64,000 nucleotides of DNA, from the IMG/VR virus record IMGVR_UViG_3300020048_000022; one strand, given 5' to 3'. The stretch's first letter is position 1. Each line of letters starts with the position of its first letter. The position numbers were made by a program, and so were the translations under genes. The notes under the pieces were generated by a model. The model was not told the origin of the DNA and did no database searches. It saw only the letters and a program-made list of their open reading frames with translations. Of the stretch, positions 56,727-64,000 are shown piece after piece. The stretch is from an uncultured virus (IMG/VR IMGVR_UViG_3300020048_000022). Taxonomy: Duplodnaviria; Heunggongvirae; Uroviricota; Caudoviricetes.

Positions 56727-58781
56727 ATGAAATACTTATCACTATTTGATGACTTTGCTAAAGTGGACGAATCATACAATTTTGACTCTGATGGATTATT
56801 AGAAGCAAAAATAAATCAAATGTCTTCTCTTAGAGAAAACTGTATGGCAGCATGGGATTTTTCAGAATTCAAAAACTTCTTTGGTGGTTCTTTAAATGAG
56901 AATAACACAGAAGATGAAAATCAATCACTATTAGAACAAGCTTATTATACATACGAGCTAGGAGTTTTATACGAAAACAATCAGGATTGGTTTAGCACTA
57001 AAGGGGAGATATTTTTCCTAAGCGACGAAAGAATATCAGAAGGACATGTTATTCTTTTTAAAAATAACAGGCTTCATATAGTTAAAGAATCAACACTCGA
57101 AAGACTAAAACAAAACTCAGAATTAATCCTTGAAGGATTTTGGGGAGCAGTTGGAGATTTCGTTGGCGGTGCAGTTAAAGCTGTAGGAAGTGCGGTTAAT
57201 AAATATGTAGTTCAACCAGTTAAAAAGGCAGCAGCTTATGTTGGTAAAAAAGTTAGTCAAGCATGGGATGCTTTATCTTCTGGCGCTAAAGCAGTATGGG
57301 AATTTGGTAAAAAAATAGTTTCTGCTATTGGAGCATTTATTAAAGAAAATCCTCTTACCGCAATTGGTATAGGACTACAGATATTAGCAACAATTGTATC
57401 ATTTATACCTGTAGCAGGTCAGGTAATAGCTCCTATATTAACAATGATAGCTGGAGCGATTACAGTTTATGAAGGGGTTACCAATTTAATAACTGCATCT
57501 AAAGAAGTTGCAGGTGCTAAGAAAGTTTTGGATATCGTAAAAGGTGGTGCTAAAACAATATTCGGATCTGCTAGTTTGATATTAGGTATTAAAGATTTAA
57601 TTTCAGCTACTGCAGATGCTCTTCCTGGAATGGGATCTGTAGGTGTTGCTATTAAAACATCGGTTAGCACATGGACAACAACTTTCACTAAAACAGCATT
57701 CGGCGGTGTTGCTGCTGTTGGTATAGGTAAAACTCTAGGATGTTCTAAATGGTTAGGAGAATTCTTTAGTACACTTTGTGAAAATGCACCATTCATGGCT
57801 AAATTAGCAGATAAATCACCTAATTTAGTTAAAGGAGCCAAATATTTAGCTCAAGGAGCAGATGCAGGAGCAGATAAAGGTAAAGAAGCAGTTCTAGATC
57901 ATGAAGAATATCACGAAGAATGGGACGAGACCATAAACGAAGCAGAAGGCGGTAGCTGGGGATTTGGTGAATTACTTATTAATTTCTTGGCATATGTAGG
58001 TAAATCTTGTTTTAGCTGGCTTTATAATACAGTCGTATCTGGAATAGGTATGGTAGGTAAAGCTATTAACGGACTTTTAGATTTACCAGGCAGAATAACT
58101 AAGGGAATAGACAATTTTAAAAAGAATTATAGCGGTTCATTTGTAGGAGGAATAATATCAGGAGCTCTTTCTTCAGCTGTTAGACCTTTAACTAGCTGCT
58201 CACAGAGATTTTTAGATACTTATATTAAACCTAAGGTTAAACCTGTTACTGGATGGATGACTTCATTAGCAAAAAGAAATCAAGCAATAGGTAAAAAAAT
58301 AGACGGTAACAAGAATCTAAAATCACCTGTAGCACCTATTAAAGAACAAGGACCTCCTAAAATAGTACCTAAAAAGGTTGATGTGACTGCTAAGGATAAA
58401 GCACTAGTTAAAAAAATAGGGGTAACTGGTACTAAAACACTAGTTAAAGCAGGGGGTGGATCTGAAAAGATCATAGATAAAATGAAAAAAACTCAGGATG
58501 AATTCAAAAAGAAATTCCCAGGAGTTTCTAAATTGAAAGGTACCTGGGGACAAAGCCCTAGCGGTAAATCAACATACACTTACAAATCAAAAGAAGCGGA
58601 AGGTACTGTTACTCTATTTAACGACGGGAAATACACAGTGATATCCGGGCCAAACAAAAAAGCAAGAGGAGAATTTCAAGCAGATAAAGGTGTTAACTTA
58701 AATGCTCCTAAGGATGGATGGAAAAAGAATGAATCCGGATTTAACTACTTAACTTCGTTTGACACATTCTTAGCTAGCTAA
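56727..58781 (+). CDS. large Gly/Ala-rich hydrophobic protein, paralog 2
   Basis: 684 aa; colinear similarity to 54565-56709. Confidence 0.75.
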   Translation: MKYLSLFDDFAKVDESYNFDSDGLLEAKINQMSSLRENCMAAWDFSEFKNFFGGSLNENNTEDENQSLLEQAYYTYELGVLYENNQDWFSTKGEIFFLSDERISEGHVILFKNNRLHIVKESTLERLKQNSELILEGFWGAVGDFVGGAVKAVGSAVNKYVVQPVKKAAAYVGKKVSQAWDALSSGAKAVWEFGKKIVSAIGAFIKENPLTAIGIGLQILATIVSFIPVAGQVIAPILTMIAGAITVYEGVTNLITASKEVAGAKKVLDIVKGGAKTIFGSASLILGIKDLISATADALPGMGSVGVAIKTSVSTWTTTFTKTAFGGVAAVGIGKTLGCSKWLGEFFSTLCENAPFMAKLADKSPNLVKGAKYLAQGADAGADKGKEAVLDHEEYHEEWDETINEAEGGSWGFGELLINFLAYVGKSCFSWLYNTVVSGIGMVGKAINGLLDLPGRITKGIDNFKKNYSGSFVGGIISGALSSAVRPLTSCSQRFLDTYIKPKVKPVTGWMTSLAKRNQAIGKKIDGNKNLKSPVAPIKEQGPPKIVPKKVDVTAKDKALVKKIGVTGTKTLVKAGGGSEKIIDKMKKTQDEFKKKFPGVSKLKGTWGQSPSGKSTYTYKSKEAEGTVTLFNDGKYTVISGPNKKARGEFQADKGVNLNAPKDGWKKNESGFNYLTSFDTFLAS

Positions 58782-58831
58782 AGAAATCATTCAAAAAAAA
58801 TATATATAACATACATAAAAAATAAATAGAT

Positions 58832-60364
58832 ATGGAAATGAAAAAACAAGTATTATCCTTCAATGAATTCGTATTTGAGGCTTATGATAGCTACAGTAGA
58901 ATAATGGAGGGTGAAAAAGCTGGAGCTGGAGCTCTTATCGAAGCTATAAGTAAACTTGATGGCTCGGGAATGAGTAAAGAAGCTAAGGATGAATTAGGTA
59001 TTATCTCAGGAATTGCTAAAGCAGTAGCAACAAAGGCAGATAAAGAAACAGAACAAAATTTAGGAGAAGCTCTTTTAAATTTTATTAATGGTATGACAGA
59101 AGAAGGTGTATTTATTACTAATATGGAATCTAAGATCAATGTCATTACTTATGATAATGTAGTTGGTGAAAGTGTTCTTCTTGAAAATGATGAGAGAGTA
59201 AAACTTCTTGATTGGTTATACCTTCTAAATCTATCTAATTCGCAATCTAAATCTAGTGCTGGTGCACGTAAATCATATAAAGGAAAAATACTTTGGAATA
59301 AAGTTAAAACAGACAAAAGATTGGTCGGTATTGGTGGAATGTCTCCATATATAGGAAATAAAAAAAGAGGCTGGGGTGGTAAAATCCTTAATTTCCTTGG
59401 TGCTATGATTCCATTTAAAAAAGAAACAAACACAATGGGTGGAGGTTCAGAGTCTAAGGATACTAAATATCTAGCAGATTCTGGGCTTTTAGGTAATGAG
59501 GTTATTACTGCTATTAGTAGTAAAGTAATATTAACAGAAGAATCTAAGATCACTAGAAGAGATATGTTTTTAGGAGGTGCTGACGTCAAAAGAGCAGGTG
59601 CTAAAGATAGAAGAGGTCTTTCTAATGTCAAAGGTGATAAGAGTGTTGTTAATGGATATTCTATTGCTATCCCTCTAGATGCTAAACTTACAGATGCAGA
59701 AATGGATCCTACTAGTAATAAGGCTAAAAAGGTTGGTGAAGAAAAAGCACATTATACTTTGGTTCTATATTCAATGGGGGATCTTAGAAAAAGTACAAGA
59801 CAAATACCTTTTTCTGATATTGTTCTTACAGAAAAAACAGTACCAACGGGTGAAAATATCGCAACATACACAGAGGATCTTTTAAATAACGAAGATGAAA
59901 ACAAAAGAGTACTTTTTGCATTAGACAGTTCTGTATTAACACCTGCTGGTAAAGATAATATCAACAATCTTATAGAATCATTCTATTCAATTGAATCAGT
60001 AGAGATTCAAGGATTTGCTTCTAAAGAAGGTGATAAAGATAATAATGATAAATTATGTGTACAAAGAGCTGCATCGGTAGCAGCATATATTAAAAGTGTA
60101 AAAGATTGGGGAATAGCAGCATCTAAAGTTACTTCTTCAGCAACACCAAACGTACAGCCAAAAACTAGTACTGAGACACTTCCTTCTTGGAGAAAAGTTA
60201 GATTCATAGTTAAGGGTACTAAAGCAGGAACAGTTCCTGCTACACAAACAGTTCCTGTTATTACCCCTACTATTGGTAAATTTACTCCTGATGCGGTTGA
60301 CATTAAACAAATATGTCTTTGCTTTGAAGTTGGAAAAAAACAAACAACAAGAAAAGGAAAATAA
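58832..60364 (+). CDS. protein with C-terminal OmpA-like domain, paralog 1
   Basis: LF..DSS.L, IQGFAS.EG...NN..L...RA.SV..Y, WRKV.F. Confidence 0.75.
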   Translation: MEMKKQVLSFNEFVFEAYDSYSRIMEGEKAGAGALIEAISKLDGSGMSKEAKDELGIISGIAKAVATKADKETEQNLGEALLNFINGMTEEGVFITNMESKINVITYDNVVGESVLLENDERVKLLDWLYLLNLSNSQSKSSAGARKSYKGKILWNKVKTDKRLVGIGGMSPYIGNKKRGWGGKILNFLGAMIPFKKETNTMGGGSESKDTKYLADSGLLGNEVITAISSKVILTEESKITRRDMFLGGADVKRAGAKDRRGLSNVKGDKSVVNGYSIAIPLDAKLTDAEMDPTSNKAKKVGEEKAHYTLVLYSMGDLRKSTRQIPFSDIVLTEKTVPTGENIATYTEDLLNNEDENKRVLFALDSSVLTPAGKDNINNLIESFYSIESVEIQGFASKEGDKDNNDKLCVQRAASVAAYIKSVKDWGIAASKVTSSATPNVQPKTSTETLPSWRKVRFIVKGTKAGTVPATQTVPVITPTIGKFTPDAVDIKQICLCFEVGKKQTTRKGK

Positions 60365-60381
60365 TAAAAACATAGACACAT

Positions 60382-60411
60382 AAAAAAAGGATCTTTAGGA
60401 TCCTTTTTTTA
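60382..60411. terminator. bidirectional terminator
   Basis: AAAAAAAGGATC-TTTAG-GATCCTTTTTTT. Confidence 0.85.
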
Positions 60412-60426
60412 TGAGCTAAGAATAAT

Positions 60427-60864
60427 TTAGTTGATAGCAACTACCAAGTAATATTTATCACCTTTCTTAACTACTTCTACCCAATATCTTTCTCCTTCCA
60501 TTCTAGAGAAATAGTCTTTATAAACGTCCTGTTTGATCATTTTATCAAAGCTGTTTGTGATACTCTCAGTTTTGTAATTCTCTATAGGATCAGTCAAAGT
60601 CCACATTTGATGAAAGTAGGCATATTTTTCGTCTCTTTCTACTTGTTTCCCTTCAACTTCTTCTTCTACGAATTTAAGACAGCTTGATCTTAATGTTGAG
60701 TCCAAAGCTAATTCGTGTCCAAAAAATCCTATAAGTACTGCTCCAAAATCTTTTGCAATTTCAGTTTTTCCTTGAACTGGTTTAGGAAGTTCATTCATAC
60801 TAAATGAATTAGTAGAGAAAATGATAGAAAATCCTAGTGCGATTATTAAGCTTAAAGTTTTCAT
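60427..60864 (-). CDS. secreted or periplasmic protein 1
   Basis: Sec signal peptide; tandem class-I promoters upstream. Confidence 0.75.
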   Translation of the reverse strand: MKTLSLIIALGFSIIFSTNSFSMNELPKPVQGKTEIAKDFGAVLIGFFGHELALDSTLRSSCLKFVEEEVEGKQVERDEKYAYFHQMWTLTDPIENYKTESITNSFDKMIKQDVYKDYFSRMEGERYWVEVVKKGDKYYLVVAIN

Positions 60865-60883
60865 AATTTTAGTTTTTATTTGT

Positions 60884-61025
60884 TTATAATGTAAATGTAG
60901 AATAATCTCTTTAATAAAAAAAATGATTTCTAAAATTTCTTTTTGTTTTATTTCTTATCATTTTTTGTTTATCGGATTAACACTATAAATGTAGAACAAT
61001 CTATTCGATTAAAAAAATGATTTCA
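60884..61025. repeat. duplicated tandem-promoter block (copy at about 62910-63051)
   Basis: About 85 nt near-identical from TATAATGTAAATGTAGAATAATCTC to TTATCATTTTTTGTTTAT. Confidence 0.9.
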
Positions 61026-61069
61026 CAAGAGAAAAAAGATATATATAGCATAAATAAAAACAAATAGAC

Positions 61070-62347
61070 ATGGAAATGAAAAAACAGGTATTATCCTTCA
61101 ATGAATTTGTCAATGAAGCATACAAGATTATAACAGAAGCAGAAGGATCTGAAGGATCAATTGATGCACTTAAAAAATTATTAGGCGGTGGTCTTGGTTT
61201 TACTTCAACAGACCAAGCACAATTTGTAAGGGTTATAGACAGAATCGATTCACTAGGTGTATCTAGTGTATACGCAGAGGAGGCTAAAGATTTTGCTCAA
61301 ACTATTACAGATTTTTTAAACTCTAAGGAAAGTGGAATTGTAATTAAACAAAAAGGAATGACATCAGATGCAAAAATATTGAAGGATCAATTCGGATGGT
61401 TAGTTAACGGTACTGTGAGAGTTAAAGGAAATCCTTCTTTAGCCGACGACGGATCATTAGCCAGTAGTAAAGGAATTGAGGATGACTCTTCAACACCTTA
61501 TCCTTTGGCAGATATTATTAGAGGTCTATTTGCATACAATCTTTATGTTTTAAGTAACCAAACAGGAAGCGGTACTAAGATTCTTAAACAAGAATCTAAT
61601 TACGGAATAAAAGCAAAGAACAAGAAAGATGCCGTAAAATATTTAACTATCGATGAGGCTTCTCTAGAAACCGATCTAATTCAAATAATTCCTTATGTAG
61701 AGGAAACAGTTGGAGTATCTCCTGTAGGAGAATATGGTTTTGCGTTTCCTATATACACTATAGGTGCTATTAGTAAAGGAGCAGGTAAAGAATTATCAAA
61801 AGATATGTATACTGAAGTTATTCCTCCCAATCCATCAGAATCGATAGAAGAGGTAACTGATTTAGCATATAATTCATCTGCTATGGACTTCTTTGAAGAA
61901 AATAAGGTAGTTATAGGAGAAGAAGGTAAAGCATCTCTTAACGCAATTTTATCTGAATTCCACTCTATTTCAAAAATAGTAGTTAATGGCGGAGCTTCTA
62001 GTAAGCCAACAAGCAGAGCGGGAGGAAACGAGGCACTTGCTAAAGATAGAATGAAAGCTGGTGTTGCCATGCTTAACCAATTAAAAAAAGGTGGTAAAGA
62101 TGGTAAAGATGGTGTAGCTCAGCTTAAAGATGCTAATATAGTAGAAGGTAAAGCTGTAGTACAAAGTGCGGCAGCTACTGAAAGTGATCCTAAAATGCAA
62201 CAGGTTTCTTTCGTAATATCAGGATCTATTAGAAAAATTGAAAATAAAGGAGAAGCTAAAGAAATAACTATACAAAGAGTAGATCTTAAAAAAGCAGATA
62301 GAGTTTCATTCAAGAAGAGTATAATTTACTGTTCTTATAATGCTTAA
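61070..62347 (+). CDS. protein with C-terminal OmpA-like domain, paralog 2
   Basis: Identical N-terminus MEMKKQVLSFNEFV; FF.EN, V.GGAS, NE.LA..R. Confidence 0.7.
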   Translation: MEMKKQVLSFNEFVNEAYKIITEAEGSEGSIDALKKLLGGGLGFTSTDQAQFVRVIDRIDSLGVSSVYAEEAKDFAQTITDFLNSKESGIVIKQKGMTSDAKILKDQFGWLVNGTVRVKGNPSLADDGSLASSKGIEDDSSTPYPLADIIRGLFAYNLYVLSNQTGSGTKILKQESNYGIKAKNKKDAVKYLTIDEASLETDLIQIIPYVEETVGVSPVGEYGFAFPIYTIGAISKGAGKELSKDMYTEVIPPNPSESIEEVTDLAYNSSAMDFFEENKVVIGEEGKASLNAILSEFHSISKIVVNGGASSKPTSRAGGNEALAKDRMKAGVAMLNQLKKGGKDGKDGVAQLKDANIVEGKAVVQSAAATESDPKMQQVSFVISGSIRKIENKGEAKEITIQRVDLKKADRVSFKKSIIYCSYNA

Positions 62348-62367
62348 TTATTAATTATAAAAACACT

Positions 62368-62402
62368 AAAAAGCCTATCTAATATTAGATAGGCTTTTTT
62401 TA
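62368..62402. terminator. bidirectional terminator
   Basis: AAAAAGCCTATCTAATATTAGATAGGCTTTTT perfect inverted repeat. Confidence 0.85.
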
Positions 62403-62415
62403 TGATAATCTTTAT

Positions 62416-62880
62416 TTATTCTCCTGCTACTTCTTTGCTTTCTGTTACAATGGATTCTCTTGTTATATTATTATCTATTATAAGTCCGTAGCGTACCATT
62501 CCATTTTGTTTAGTAGCAGTTGCGCAGAATTCAGTAAATCTGCATCTTTTTATTGCTACTTCATCAAAATATAAAGTATTTTTAAGATATGATTTGTATG
62601 CTGTAACCAATCTTACTGCTTCTTCCTTTTCATCGTTTGCAGTATTAACCATACCACCTTTTTTAGTCCCGTAGCATTCAGGATATCCTGCTTCTGCCTG
62701 GCTTGTAGCTCTTGCTGCAAAATTTAAAGTGGTATCTAATGTCATACCTGGAAATTGAACTGACATTTCTTTAATAAGTTCTTTCTCAAATTTAGCTACA
62801 TCGAAGTTGTTAGCTTTCTGAGCTTGCGCTCCTATAATCATCGAGAAGATTAATGCGAATGTTAAAATTAAATTTTTCAT
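62416..62880 (-). CDS. secreted or periplasmic protein 2
   Basis: Signal peptide ending AQA; LD.TL motif shared with 60427-60864. Confidence 0.75.
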   Translation of the reverse strand: MKNLILTFALIFSMIIGAQAQKANNFDVAKFEKELIKEMSVQFPGMTLDTTLNFAARATSQAEAGYPECYGTKKGGMVNTANDEKEEAVRLVTAYKSYLKNTLYFDEVAIKRCRFTEFCATATKQNGMVRYGLIIDNNITRESIVTESKEVAGE

Positions 62881-63095
62881 GATTTTTGGTTTTATTTGTT
62901 TATATTAATTTATAATGTAAATGTAGAATAATCTCTTTAATAAAAAAAATGATTTCTGAAATTTCTTTTTGTTTTATTTCTTATCATTTTTTGTTTATTA
63001 GATTAACAAGACAAATATAGAATGTTCTATTTAATAAAAAAAATGATTCCACAAAAAAAGACCCCAAAGGGTCTTTTCAGTTTGATCAGAATTGA

Positions 63096-63416
63096 TTAAG
63101 CGTTAGCCCAAACAAATCCTCCTGCAGTTTTCATAATTCCACGAACCACTTTAGAGATTGAACCAGTGTTAACCCCTGTAGCTCTTTCAGCATCCGACAT
63201 AGAATTGTATTTTCTAATTCTACGTCCTCTTGGAGTTAATTGAACTACCGCAATAGTATTTCTGTTAGAAGTTTTAGCTTTCTTAGAAACTGTTTTAGAT
63301 GGAGCTGCTTTAGCAACAACCTTTACAGTTTTAGTAGCTTTAGGTGCAGCTTTCATAGGTGCAGCCTTTACAGTCTTAGCAGTAGCCTTAACAGTTTTCT
63401 TTGTTTTTGTGCTCAT
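63096..63416 (-). CDS. histone-H1-like Lys/Ala-rich tail fused to a NUMOD1-like HTH domain
   Basis: Likely start MSTKTKK; VVQ....G..I..Y.S..DAERATG.....ISKV.RG..KTAGGFVW. Confidence 0.75.
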   Translation of the reverse strand: MSTKTKKTVKATAKTVKAAPMKAAPKATKTVKVVAKAAPSKTVSKKAKTSNRNTIAVVQLTPRGRRIRKYNSMSDAERATGVNTGSISKVVRGIMKTAGGFVWANA

Positions 63417-63504
63417 AAAATATTTATTTTTGATTATATTAATTATACTCGCATACGCGTGTAAAGTTTCATTTAAACACATTTAACAAAGGATATATAG
63501 GTTA

Positions 63505-64000
63505 ATGAAGAAGAAAAAGAAAAGACGCATTGACAGCTTTAAAAACTGGTTACTTGCAAGAGATTCTGCTAGTCGAATAAACAATGCTGATGGCAATAGT
63601 GCATTTTTTGAAAGTGTTAATTCGAGAGAAGATGATAGAAGGAGAATGGAAATATTTGATCTGATAACAGGGTCTTTACCCTTTATAAAATTAAGGAGTA
63701 AGATATTTGATTTTGGAATGATGAAAGATGCAGGAGCAGGCAATATGACAATTGTAATAAGAAATCAGGATATACAAAGACAGTTTGGTGAATTTATAGA
63801 ATGTCTAGAACCTAAAGAATGGAACATGGTAAATAGAATATTTATAAAGATTGCGGATGAATTAGTAATAGGTGATGCTGAACAAGATTCTCCTGGTATA
63901 ATTAAAATGAATTGCGAGATACCTTTGTATCATAGCGGTTCTGATGTGGATAAAGCAGCTCGTTCTATTATAAGAAGTTGGATAGCTCAGTCATCATTCG
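63505..64000 (+). CDS. hypothetical protein, runs off the window end
   Basis: ATG after GATATATA; MKKKKKRRIDSFKNW... Confidence 0.6.
   Translation, partial: MKKKKKRRIDSFKNWLLARDSASRINNADGNSAFFESVNSREDDRRRMEIFDLITGSLPFIKLRSKIFDFGMMKDAGAGNMTIVIRNQDIQRQFGEFIECLEPKEWNMVNRIFIKIADELVIGDAEQDSPGIIKMNCEIPLYHSGSDVDKAARSIIRSWIAQSSF

Noticed and set aside
55326..60381. Multiple minus-strand ORFs of 60-160 aa
   Set aside because: Antisense shadows of long plus-strand genes.
1..64000. Alternative genetic code (TAG or TGA recoding, as in some Bacteroidota phages)
   Set aside because: Genes are full length and densely packed under the standard code; TAG and TGA end recognisable proteins at sensible positions.

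Overview
AT-rich window from a large dsDNA bacteriophage, most likely a jumbo or T4-like phage of a Bacteroidota host. This is inferred from TAnnTTTG-type -7 promoters, A-rich leaders without Shine-Dalgarno sites and a PLPVEL/T9SS-style protein; no capsid, terminase or polymerase gene lies in the window. Zone 1 (1-15.6 kb) holds accessory genes: two NADARs, a Nudix-like protein, MgsA, a HAD protein, a GGCT, a SPRY+LamG protein, DUF1566-like paralogs, an integron-cassette homologue and two tRNA-like elements. Zone 2 (about 15.6-48.8 kb) is an almost entirely minus-strand array of about 40 small transcription units bracketed by GC-rich non-coding flanks. Each unit has a fixed-spacing promoter and usually a shared TTAACCAATTAAA-type leader; many end in a terminator followed by a GGGGWWCCYC box about 42 bp away or an alternating purine-pyrimidine tract. 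The zone includes a MoxR AAA ATPase with two VWA partners, a RadA-like ATPase, two Sm-like WYL_2 proteins and four paralogous basic proteins. It also shows what looks like an antisense-RNA layer: an ORF-less unit predicted to pair with one gene's start region, several 3'UTRs complementary to the shared leader, and twin hairpins with anti-AUG loops. Zone 3 (48.8-64 kb) is mostly plus-strand genes behind a GATATATA motif, many with a T4-like capsid-targeting N-terminus: LRR-like paralogs, two hydrophobic paralogs and a duplicated OmpA-like/secreted-protein module. All family assignments come from motif recognition by eye and all counts are hand counts.
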